Part shown: piece by piece, positions 16,902 through 28,625 of the stretch
How the letters are laid out: each line of letters opens with the position of its first letter
How positions within the stretch are numbered: the first letter of the stretch is position 1
Source of the DNA: the human T2T-CHM13v2.0 reference genome, Homo sapiens
NCBI RefSeq assembly: GCF_009914755.1
Contig: NC_060926.1
Strand: one strand, 5' to 3'
DNA length: 64,000 bases
Notes under the pieces: generated by a model
The model's database searches: none
Told to the model about the DNA's origin: nothing
The model's input: only the letters and a program-made list of their open reading frames with translations
Program-made: the position numbers and the translations under genes

Positions 16902-16910
16902 GCCATCTTG
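16902..16910 (-). promoter_or_regulatory. YY1 site of the L1 sense promoter
   Basis: CAAGATGGC on the minus strand at the L1 5' end. Confidence 0.75.
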
Positions 16911-17399
16911 GAACCCAAAATGACCATTTTAAATTGAATGCATGACTTGAGGTTTTTTACATCGCCCCATATTGTAGACTTGGGCTGCAGATGTGAGCAA
17001 GGGCTGATTTGTGATGACAGCTTCTGAGGCACATTTTTTTGTTCTGCTTTGCTCTTTACCAAGGCAAACATTCCTGGTAGTTCTATGGGGTTTGAAGGTG
17101 GTAGGAAAGTTTACTTTTAGTTCATTTTCACACTGAGGGTACAACACTTTGCGTTTCAACTTTAAGGCAAAGGAATTCTGCTACTAAACTAGTTGCCTTG
17201 GACCTTAGACTTTATTTTCTTACAATTCAACAAGGCTGAGAAAAAGTAAGTTTATAAGGTTGGGAAAATTCTCTTGAAGTTGAAATGTGTTCATTTCTGC
17301 TTACTTCACTGGGTTTCTCCCTATACAAATCTTTGGCCTGAAAAAAACTTCTATCTTTCCAGCTCTTTGCATTTGAAATAAGCTGTAAAACACTTAATC

Positions 17400-17612
17400 T
17401 GATATTTATATATTGTTATATACTTATTCATACTGTATATTTTATATGTATTATATCATGTCATACATATCATATTATATAATATGTATCATACTATACA
17501 GTACATACATCATAAATAATATTGTATAATATAATACAGTATTATGCTTTTATAATAACACAATACTTATATAAGCCAATATTATATTATATTATATTAT
17601 ACTAGTATGTGT
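17400..17612. repeat. AT-rich low-complexity (TA/TATAT) tract
   Basis: Almost entirely A/T, with repeated ATATTAT units. Confidence 0.8.
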
Positions 17613-17915
17613 ATGGCTTGGTATCTGGACTGTCACTCTTATACGAATCTTGGATAATATATTAAAAAGAAATTTATATTTCTACCTCCCAAATTAAAAA
17701 TCACTAACATTTTTCATATTCCTCCCTTAGAAAAAAACAAATTCAGAACCTCACAAATATAACTGATATTCTGCAGTCTTATTCTCTCTCCTATATTCCC
17801 TAAAGGCAACCTAGTGATATCTTTCTATATGTTTTACATATTTATATGTAGGTATAAAAATAGACTCCTAATGTATATTTTTCTTCAGCTTTATTTTCTT
17901 CCCTCTCTGAATTGC

Positions 17916-18222
17916 TTTTTTTTTTTTTTTTTTTTTTTTTTTGAGATGGAGTCTTGCTGTGTCACCCAGGCTACAATGCAGTGGCGTGATCTTGGCTCAC
18001 TGCAACCTCTGCCTCCCAGGTTCAAGCTATTCTCCTGCCTCAGCCTCCTGAGCAGCTGGGATTACAAGTGTCCTCCACCGTGCCCAGCTAATTTTTGTAT
18101 TTGTAGTAGAGATGGGGTTTCATCATCTTGGCCAGGCTGGTCTTGAACTCCTGACCTCGTGATCCACCCACCTTGGCCTCCCAAAGTGCTGGGATTAGAG
18201 GCATGAGCCACCACACCCGGCC
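17916..18222 (-). mobile_element. AluS, full length
   Basis: Poly-T, GAGATGGAGTCTTGCT...GACCTCGTGATCC...CACACCCGGCC. Confidence 0.95.
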
Positions 18223-19999
18223 TCCCCTCTGAGTTCTATAGTTAAAAGAGACTCTCTATTTCCCTGGCCTTATGCTTTCATATGAAACAAATTCTATCCC
18301 AGTAATATTCAGAGCCTTTACACATTCTTTGCTCATTCTTTCCCATGGCTGAAGAAGTGGATTATCTGATTGGTGAGTTTGGAAGAAGCAATCTTGTTGA
18401 TCTCTCTCTGTTTGAGGTGTTGGTTTTTCTGCAGATTGCCAGCAATCAGTTCTGCCCTCCGTCCTGTGGTTAGAGGTCTTTCCTTTGTGGAGAAAACCTA
18501 TGGTTGTAAACTATGCCAGTAAACTATGCAAGACTATATAATTTAGGGAAATTCCCAGGGAGATCATTTTGGCCACACATCTAAACCACATTTCTTCAAT
18601 CAGCTATATCAAATGTATAAATCATATATGTGATTTACATATTATATATAAATATATATGATATATATTATATTTTATGTCTTAGGTGATCTAAGTTTGG
18701 AAACAAATCCTACACTTACATATTTGAAATACAGAGTTATAGTACATGTCTTTAGAAGACTTCCTGGTGAGTAGGAAAAGGCTTCACAGCTACCTCTCTA
18801 TTTAGATAATGATTTCAAGAGTTTTCAGGGAGAAATAGAAATCTGAATGGAATTAAGAGGGAAAATCATGTGTCTCTGAGAAAGGAGACTCTGTGGGTGG
18901 TAGTGTTGGGAGGGACAACACAAATCCCAGGTATATTTGGTGATCCCATGCATGAAGGGGACCTTTTTCTCATGCCTACTCCTTTCTTTGGGCAGATTTT
19001 GGAAAAGGAACAAGAATGAAGGTAGAAATATGTCTAGGCAGGTGTATTTCAGCTAAATTCCTAAGGCCTTGCATCTATCTGTCAAGGGTGGTACAGTGAT
19101 GTCAGCATATTTAGTATTTAGTATTGTAACTAAGTATGAATTTGGCAGACAGAACCAGCAGCCTGAGACAGACCATGCTGAGGACGCACAGCAGAGGCCC
19201 GCATGTGTCAGGGAGAGTATCTTGGGGCATGCCAACATGATGGACAGATGAACCTAGTTTGACAATAGCCCTGCTTTCCTCATACCTTGACCTGGGTAAG
19301 CGCCTGAGGCTTTTGCATAGCCCAGGGGAAAGGAACGGGGACAGTGAATGGATTGAAGTTAAGTTTCAACCACCCAGCAGAATGGGGCTTCCTAAAAGAA
19401 ATTGCTTTGTTATTGAAAAAAATTAAAGAATATCATTGTTTTGGTGCCCTTGATTTTGCATACTCATATCTGTCATCTATGCAGATTGATTTGGGATTTT
19501 TAAGCACCCTAAGGCAGTGCATTTCTCCCCACAGACTGATCCCAACCCTAGACTAGAATTGGAACCAAGTCACCTGCTTCTATAAAAAAATTGCTGTGCA
19601 GAGATAAATAGCACTCTTAGAGACTTCTACCAGTTCAGAAAGAGCAGTGGACTGTGACAAAGCCAATTCTGAAGGCATCTACAAAGTCATTTTCCTGGAT
19701 GGACACAATATTATTAACTGCAGAGGAGAGGTGGAAGATAGCTTTGTTAAGAGTAGTGGATAAAATTACACTCAGACCCTGAATTACTAAAAGCTGAACC
19801 TTTTGCTGGAGAGGAAAGGATGGTTTTTGTGACATGACCTTTTCTACCCATCAGACTGGCCCACTCCTTGTCAGCTATAGATGCTGCTGTTCACCTACTT
19901 AGTACCCAGACTACTTTGCATCAAAGTGGAGTGGAAACACTCTTAACTGGCCTCCATTTAACCAATTTGATTGGTTCAATTAACACCCTTCATTCCCTC

Positions 20000-21800
20000 C
20001 TTTTATTTGTATTTTTATCAACATTTTATTATGGAAAATTTTATATTTAAAAGTGGAGAGAATATTTTGAGAATAATGAACTCTCAAACATGCCTAGAAG
20101 TGGGATTGCTGAGTCAAAGGACAAATGCATGTGTAATTATGCTAGATATTATCAATTTCCTCCCCAGGGGGGTTGTGTAATTTGCATCTCCACCACCAAC
20201 CCATAACAGTGCCTATTCCTCACAACCTCAACAACAGCACATGCTCTCAACTTCGGGATTTTTGCCAATATAATAGGTGAAAAATTGTATTCCACTATAG
20301 TTTAGTATATATATATATTTACAATGAGTGATATTGAACAATTTTCATATGGATTAAGGGTTATTTGCATTTATTTTTTCAGAACTATATAGTTTGCATA
20401 AAATGTACAAATTATTATATTTATTTATAGTTTTAGGCCATTTTTCTATAGGGCTGTTGAAATTCTTATTCTCTTTTTAAGATGTTCTTTATATATTAGG
20501 TTAATCAATATAAAATTACCACTTTTCTACATCAAAATAGTTGAATATTGGTAGTTGTGCATGGTTGAGCCCAACATTAGGTCTATTATCCTTATGTCAT
20601 ATAAGTTGCCAATGTTTGTTATTTGTCTTTTTACTTTTCTGTCATGCAAAAATTTAAAAAATTTTAAGTAATCAAATTCATCTTTTTCATTATTGTTTAT
20701 TCTATTGGATTTGGAGTCATAGCTAGAAAAGTTTTTCCCACTAATACAGAATGAAGACATTTACCTATCTCTTGTTCTTAATTACTTATTATGGTTTTAT
20801 TTAAAATTATTTTATGTTTAACATGTCTGATGATTTTAGAGTTTCTCCTGGCACACAGGATGAGGAGTAAATCCAATCTTACCTCTTTCTCGGTGATTAT
20901 TCAGTTATCTCATCACTACTTATTAAAGAGCCCATCCCTTCCCTCTCTGATTTGAGATGCCACTTCTCTCATATACCAATTAAAAATACACAATTCTGGA
21001 GTTTTTTTCTCCCACTCATCTGTCTATTTATGTCCCAGTGTTGCACTACATAATATGTTTTAAATATTTTGTGGGGCTAGCTCTGGACATTACTTCTTTT
21101 TTCAGAGGTTTCCTAGATATTCTTACTTATTTATTCCTCCAGTGAACTTTATAATCAACTTTGTTTAGCTCCAGAAAAAGAACAACTTAATAATTATTTA
21201 GAGAGATACAGTTAATTTCTAAATTAACTCAGAAAAAAATCTGATACATTTATGAAGCTAAGTCTTCTATCTGAAAATGAGGCATGGTTTTCTACTTTAA
21301 GTCTACTTTTATCTCTTTTATGGATATTCTATATAATTCCTTATATGTTTTAAATATTTCTGGTCAATTTTACGCATGGGTAGTATAATTAATTAACTTA
21401 TTAATCAAACTTATTGGCATTCCTAAATACTGTTTCTTTAAATTATATCACCTAAGTGATATTTATCTATGTATTTGGAACTTATTTTTATAAGTTGTTT
21501 TTTATTTTGTTTACTAAACTCCCATAATGCTCATAGTAGTTTTTCCACATATTTATTCTTTTGGGTTTTTCTGGTATATAAACATATTATCTACAGAGAT
21601 ATTTATTATTCATATCCAATTCTTACACCACTAGTTGCTTTTTTCTTTTTTAATTGCATTGGCTGAAACATTCAATATGCTGTTAAATAATGGTGGAGAC
21701 AGGGCATCTTTGTTTTGCTTCTGAATTGAGTAGGAAATCTTCTGCTGATTTCCCCTTAACAAAGGTGCTGGCATTTGGATTGGAATATGTACAATATATG
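20000..21800 (-). mobile_element. Old L1ME-type 3'/ORF2 fragment
   Basis: CTAGAAGTGGGATTGCTGAGTCAAAGG...TTTGCATCTCCACCACCAA...GGAGACAGGGCATCTTTGTTTTG is collinear with L1 ORF2. Confidence 0.75.
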
Positions 21801-22049
21801 TATATGTTCATGTTTTATCTATGTTTATATTATCTATTCACATCAAATTAAGAAATTTAGGATAAATTAATACTCAGTTGAGTGTTTTTTAGCACATCCA
21901 GTTTCTCTTTAAACATGTTGACTGATACCCAGATCACACTCCCTTCTCAGGAGACTCCAGCACATGGGACACTCTTGTTTCCACTGGGTGAGCTGCAGGT
22001 TTGCCAAGTTTCAAGTTGATTTGTTCCCAGTATGCAAGTTGTGCTTATT

Positions 22050-22395
22050 ATTGTCATTCTGTTATCTAATTATTACATAAATTGATGATATAGTAGTTCA
22101 GGGAAATATATGTTTCTTTGATGAATGACTTAGTAAAAGTGAGCTGCTAACAAAATTACTGTCAGTTTTGGTGTGAATAAGACACTTGCAAAAGACTAGG
22201 GAAAATTGTAAAAATGTAAATGCATCCTGAACTCAGATTACTTCCAAAATCACTTAGGTTCTCATCCTGCTTTAAAGAGACTTAAAATTGTAGGCCATGC
22301 ATTGGCATGGTTTATGTAAGGGAAACAATAAGGAATTTCAATTAGTGAATCCATATTTAACTGAAAAGACTTGGCTTCATACAAAAAGATTGACG
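22050..22395 (+). mobile_element. TcMar-Tigger (pogo-like) remnant
   Basis: ATGCATTGGCATGGTTTATG...CAATTAGTGAATCCATATT...GAAAAGACTTGGC resembles the decayed CENP-B-type HTH coding region of Tigger elements. Confidence 0.5.
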
Positions 22396-22414
22396 ACTCA
22401 ATATAGTATATCAG

Positions 22415-22555
22415 GTTGTATTTTCCAAAGAAGGTCTTAACAATTTCTCCTATACCACTTATTCTTTTTTTCAAAAGGACCTTGCCACTTCTCCATCAGG
22501 AAGTGGAGACTGTCACCTCCCATTAAACTTAGGAGGAACTGTGCAACTGCCTCAT
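22415..22555 (+). mobile_element. MLT1 (G/H-like) LTR 5' fragment
   Basis: TGTATTTTCCAAAGA...GACCTTGCCACTTCTCCATCAGGAAGTGGAG. Confidence 0.55.
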
Positions 22556-23179
22556 GTACCTCCACTGTAGATTTTCATTCTGTAACTGAAGTATCTCTGC
22601 AATTATTTCCCACTTGGCGTGCAAGAATTACTAATGTTACGGATAAGAAGTTTTCCTGAGAAGATATTCTGATTGTAGCAATCACATTTTTTTCTAGCTT
22701 CACATTTTAGCCCTACACATACCAATACTGAGAAAGGTGGAGAGAGTCAGTGCAATAACAGATGAAGATGGGTTAAATTGCATATTCTCAGGGAATTAAA
22801 ACAACTGTACAAAAAGAAGATTGGTGGAACTGAAAGAATGAGACATACGTTTCCAAGAATCCACACAGTTTCATTTGGTGCAGCCAAGAACCTGACATTT
22901 AGAAAATAGAAGTAAAAAATAAACAGAATGTTTTCTGGGGTTTACCATTCTGGTGATCTTTGCTTCAAGTGAAGTGGGAAAGTAAGAATACCATAAATAT
23001 CTAGATGAGGTTTGTCAGAGAAAATACAGTATACCCCGTTAAATTTGAATTTCAGATATACAACAAATAATTTTTTAGTACAAGTATATCCCAAATATTT
23101 AGTAAAACATACTAAAATTATTTTTTATCTAAAATTTAAATTTAACTAGGCTCTATACCTTTGATATCTTTACTGTATT

Positions 23180-23890
23180 ATACTATCTAACAGTAGTCAG
23201 AATGGCTATTATTCAAAAGCCAAAAAATAACAGATGCTTTCGAGGTTCTAGAGAAAATGGAACGCTTATACACTGTTGTTGGGAGTGTAAATTAGTTCAC
23301 CCATTGTGGAAGACAGTGTGGCAATTCCTCAAAGACCTAAAGACAGAAATAGCATTTGACCCAGCAATCCTCATTACTGGGTACATATCCAAAGGAATAT
23401 AAATCATTCTGTTATAAAGACCCAAGCATGTGAATGTTGATTGCAGCACTATTCACAATAGCAAAGACATAGAATCAACCTAACTGCCCGTCAATGATAG
23501 ACTGGGTAAAGAAAATGTGGTACATATATATCATGAAATACTATGCAGCCATAAAAATAATGAGACTTTGTTCTTTGCAGAGATATGGCTGGAGCTGGAG
23601 GCCATTATCCTTAGTAAACTAACAGAACAGAAAACCAAATATAGCATGTTCTCATAAGTGGGAGATAAATGGTAAGAACACATGGACGCATAGAAGGGAA
23701 CAACACACACTGGGGCCTTTTGAAGGGTGAAGGGTGGGAGAAGGGAGAGGATCAAGAAAAATAACTAATGGGTTCTAGGCTTAATACCTGAGTGATGAAA
23801 TAATCTGCACAACAAATGCTCGTGACACAAGTTTACCTATGTAACAAACCTGCCCTTCTACCCCTGAACTTGTGAACTTGTACCCCTGTA
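23180..23890 (+). mobile_element. Old primate L1 3' end (L1PA13-16/L1PB-like)
   Basis: ORF2 C-terminus remnant (HCCWECKLVHPLWKTVWQFLKDL) and 3'UTR AATAACTAATGGGTTCTAGGCTTAATACCTG. Confidence 0.85.
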
Positions 23891-24140
23891 CAATTTAATG
23901 ATTTTTCATATATTTACGGTTGTGCAACCATTGCCACAATCTATGGTTAGAACATTTTCATCGGCTCTAAAGGAAAATAATACCCATTAACAGTCACTCC
24001 CCGTGCCCACCCCTGGCCCTCGGAAAACCCTGATCTACATTTGTGCCACTAATCTGTGTCTTGTACCACAAATCTGTGTTTTGTCTCTATACATTTGCCT
24101 ATCCGAACGTTTCAAACAATTGAATCATACAATATGTGTT
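23890..24140 (-). mobile_element. L1MB-type 3' UTR fragment
   Basis: GTTGTGCAACCATTGCCACAATCTA...TTAGAACATTTTCATC...GAATCATACAATATGTG. Confidence 0.75.
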
Positions 24141-26649
24141 ACACCCTGTATTTTTATTTTCTAAATCCGACAGCCCTAACCTAGAGCCAATTGTCTAGAG
24201 CAATGAAGAGTAATGCCAGCCAAAGAGAACACAAAGAGGAAATAAATTAGAAGCAGCCGGTGGAGAAAGTGGCATGAGAACCTGGAGGAGCTGGCCCTTC
24301 CCACACTGTAGCCTCTTCCCTCAAAGGCAAAAGTCTGAGCATAGTCAGGCCCTCTGGCTAGTTTAAGGGAAAAAATTATTTACTAAGGGAAACCCACAGC
24401 AACTCCAAGGGAGCCAGACAGTCAGACTGGTGGCAATGCAGCCTGGATCAACACCTAAGAACCTCACTGAACTGCTTGCAAGGAGGATCCTCTCCATCAA
24501 CTGTGTCCTGGCACTGTGGAGCACCCCATAGACTGCATCAGGGGACCTCTGCCATTACGGCATCTGAATGCCTCATGTCTCCACCGTGCTCCACTGTCCT
24601 CCAGAACAGCAAAACCGATTGCACATTGAACTTTTTCTTCACCAGCATGCAAAAGATGGGGAAATAGCACATATTTCAGGAAAAGCCTCCATTATCAATT
24701 CTTGAAGTCTGGGGTGGTGGGTACAATCAGCAGTAACTGGGCTCACGTTCCAGTGCCCTGGATACATGAAGATTAGAAAAATTAATTTCCATCTCCAACT
24801 TAGAGGAGACAGGACTCTCAAATGTGGGGAATTACCAAACTATAGGAGAGGCTTTCAAAAGACCTGGGGCCATCATAAGTATGGTACGTATCTATCACCA
24901 CTACTTTTACCATTGATTTTCCTATTTTGCTTGGGAAAATGTAGAGATAGCTTCATGTATGAAAAAAAGTGAAAACGGGTAGGAAATGATACCAAGTAAC
25001 TCTCTGCCTAAAGCCGATGACCCAGGGCTCCATGACTGAACTGGCAAAATACCTGCAGCCCAAGAATGCAGAAATACTTCATGGTGCTTATAGTTCTTAG
25101 GCACTCTTACTTTTGGAATCTTTACAGTATAACACATATTAAAATTCACTTACATTACCCATTAAATATACATTTTGATCATATTTTTAAAAAATTATTT
25201 ATAATTTTGTTTTTAAAACTATTTTTGCTTCAAGCAGTTTCTTAAAAATTGCAGTGATTGTTTCAATTACAATGTAAGCTCAAGAACTCTTGCAAAGTAA
25301 GAAAACTGAACATACAATCCTTTCAAGAATAATGGACTTTTTTCCTACTAATATCAAATTTAACAGCGAAAACATTTGGCGGAGTGTAATATTTTATAGA
25401 CATCCATTAACAAATCATTACTTTGATCATTCAGTCTTCTATTTATTCTTTGAATAAAAATAACAATTTTATGCCTCAACCCTTTACAAGAAGCATTGGA
25501 AAACTTAATGGATAAAGCATTTCTGTGGTGATACTCCTCTACTAAATTATCTGTGGGATTTGGCAGAAAAGAGAGTTTAACAAAATCTGAGATGAGAAGA
25601 CAGGACACGCTGCAAACCACGGCTGCACAAAACCCTGGCTGAGGTTTTTCTCAAACTGATGACTCTTTTCCTCTCTTCTGGTCTCTAGGATACAGAAAAA
25701 TTCCATCTGAACTACACCTTCAAAGGAAAAGACAAGCAATTCCCAGTCAAAATTGAAAGGGAGTGGAAGAGAGTTTACCCACATTATATCAGCACAAAGC
25801 AAAAAAGAAATGGGCAGAGCTACTCACCTTAAACATGAAAATTGTTGGAAAAAAGTTTGCAAATACATTGTAGAAAGAGATGATGATGATGAATTGTAAT
25901 AATTGATGAGAAACAGAAGGGGCATCATATGCAAAAGGCAGACAACAGATCTTAAGAAGTCCTCTTACAAACAGGCCTGATGAAAGACCTCGTAGACAAG
26001 CTATTCAAACAACAGAATAAGATGAAAAGAGAATTTTTAGAGTTAAGGAAACAAACCAATAATTCAAACACCACATTACAGAAAATATAATTAATTAGAA
26101 ATAGATTGTAACATAATTCACAGAGCTTAAAACTGAATTTTTAAAATTGGCACCTAGGAAATATTTAAAATAATCTCAATGAATATGGAGGAAAAAAGGA
26201 TTAAGATATTAAAACAATTAGATACAATCTAACCTAAACATCACTGGAGTTGCTGAAGTAAACAATCCAATAAACAAAACCAAAAATTTATTGAAACTCC
26301 TAATAGAAAAAAATATTCGGGGCATTAAGCAAATATTGAGTCTATTGATCTAAGTCACACCATCTGCAAAACAAAAACAAAAACAAACAGAGATAGAATA
26401 ATTGATGCTGTGTCATAGCGAGCTAAGGTAATAGATCTCAAGGAAGCATTAAAAACTACAGACTAAGGTGACAAAATTAACATACATATGTGTGAATATG
26501 TATTTACATCATACTAAAATATAACTTAATATATTAATAATAGTATGTACATTGAAATTAAGAGGAGCATCTAAAATAACAGAAATATTGATAGTAAAAG
26601 GATGAACAAAACTATACTATATCAACCTCACACCCAAATTATAGAGGAA

Positions 26650-27500
26650 TTCACTATGCTTTCGTCTATTCTTGTATAGTTTTATTACTTACATTTAGAC
26701 CTTCAATTCATTTGGAACTTATTCCTGTGGATTTTGTGAGAAGTGAATCTAACTTTATCTTTTCCCAAATGGTTTTCTAGTTTTTCCACCATCATAATTT
26801 AAAAATTCTATCTTTGCCCCTGTTATCTCAGAAACCACCATTGTCATATTGTATTATATATTACCTCATGTTCCATCTATTTCCATATAATTCCATCTAT
26901 TCCATATAGTTCTATCTACAACGTATTGTTATATTCTAGATTACCATATAGTCTCATCTCTTTCTAAACTTTCTATCCTTGTCATTGATTTTTCTGTTTA
27001 TTCACACACCATTACCCAGCAGTTTTAATTATCAAGGCTTTGTAATATGTTTAGATATATGGAGGGCTAGTCTTGCCACTTAAAACTCTTCCCTTTTAGT
27101 GTTTCCCTAGTTATACTTGCATGTTTTTTTTTTTCTATATGAACTTTAGTATCAATTTGTCTAGTTTTAAAGGCAGTTTATTGGTGTTTTTCATTGGGAT
27201 CCTCCTATCAATTTTATAAATTAATTTCAAGCGAATGGATATCTTGATGTTGAGAAGTCTCAAGGAAAAATAAGCAATATTGTTTCATTCAAGTCTATTT
27301 TTGTGTCTTTTGGGAATGCTTATAGATTTTTTTCAAATAGGATTTGAGCATTTATTCCTTAGTTAATTCTTAAGTATTTTATCCTTTTTCTGTTGCTATG
27401 GGGGTTCTATCTTTTTTGGTTGCTAAATGTGGGTTCTCTTCTATTATGTCTTTAGCTGGCTATCATATGTACATGTAAAATTTATCGATTTATTTAAATA
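26650..27500 (-). mobile_element. Old L1ME-type ORF2 fragment
   Basis: TTTACATTTAGACC...CATTTGGAACTTATT...TATATGAACTTTAGTATCAATTTGTCTAGTT. Confidence 0.7.
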
Positions 27501-27784
27501 ACAAAGCATCTTCGAAGAATCCAGGTTAGGGCACAGGTCTCTGGCATTTGCTGGCTAAGCACTGGTTTATTTCTTCTGATTGGATAAATCTCAACAACCC
27601 AGTTACATGTGGTAATGGTAAATCATGATCTTTTCAGATTATATTCTATCTGACCTAATTCTCAGAGATTATGAAATCCAAGAATATTTTTCTCAATGCA
27701 TTGCCATTGAAATGCCATTAGTACAAATTTGACCTGGACTTTTTTCTATGGAGCTCTTTTATGTTTAATTTCCGTGAATTTTCC

Positions 27785-28329
27785 TGTATTTGTTTCTTGT
27801 TCCTGGTATAACTAAAACAAATTTAGAAATTCATGGTCAAACAAATTTAGAAATTCATGGTCACACAAATTTATTCTTAGAGTCTATAGGTTAGAAGTCC
27901 ATCATGGGTCTCACTGGGCTAAGATCAAGGTTTGGGCAGGGCTGAGTCCCATCTGGAATTCCTAGGAGAATCTGTTTCCTTCTCATTGTCAGATTCTAGA
28001 GGCCACCTATATTCCTTGACTCATGGCCTCTTCCATTATCTTCAAAGCCATCACTCCAATGTTTGCTTCTGTCTTTACATCTCCTTTTCCTGTTTTGATG
28101 ATCTTGGTATCATTGGTATCATTATGTCCTATTATAAGGTTATAATATGTTATAAGAACCTCTGTTATTACACTGGGCCTAGCCAGATAATTCAGTGTAA
28201 TCTACCCATATCAAGATACTAAATTTAATCAAATCTGCAAAGTTCCTTTGCCATGTCAGATAACATATTTACAGGTTATGGGAATTAGGATGTGATCATC
28301 TTTGGGTGAATGTTATTCTCTCTGCCAAA
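27785..28329 (-). mobile_element. MLT1D-like solo LTR
   Basis: AGAAGTCCATCATGGGTCTCACTGGGCTAAGATCAAGG...GGAGAATCTGTTTCCTT...GGAATTAGGATGTG. Confidence 0.8.
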
Positions 28330-28402
28330 CTTCTCATTTTAATTTTTTTCCATAACATCATGGTGCTGGAATATCTAAGTGACCTATGTTTAGATGTCTA
28401 CT

Positions 28403-28625
28403 GGAGAGCAGTAGAGTATAGGAAAGGATTCAGGCTCTAGAGTCTGATAGGCCTGAACTTGAGTTCCAAGATTCTTTGTCTGACTAACTGAATGACTTAT
28501 GAAAGTAGCTTCACTTTTTAAGGCATCATTTTCTTTACCTATAAAATTAAGTAGATAATAATAGTGTCTAATTCTTAAGGTTGCTGAAAGAAATAAGAAT
28601 TGAAAACAGCTCATCAGTGTTCGGC
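28403..28625 (+). mobile_element. MIR SINE
   Basis: AGGCTCTAGAGTCTGATAGGCCTGAAC...CATTTTCTTTACCTATAAAAT...ATAATAATAG core. Confidence 0.7.

Larger units (their letters stand above)
23007..24178. mobile_element. MER3 (hAT-Charlie) split by L1 inserts (pieces ~23007-23152 and ~24141-24178)
   Basis: AAAATACAG...GTTAAATTTGAATTTCAGATA...AAATTTAACTAGGC, then CCTGTATTTTTATTTTCTAAATCCGACAGCCCT. The two ends are mutually inverted. Confidence 0.75.
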
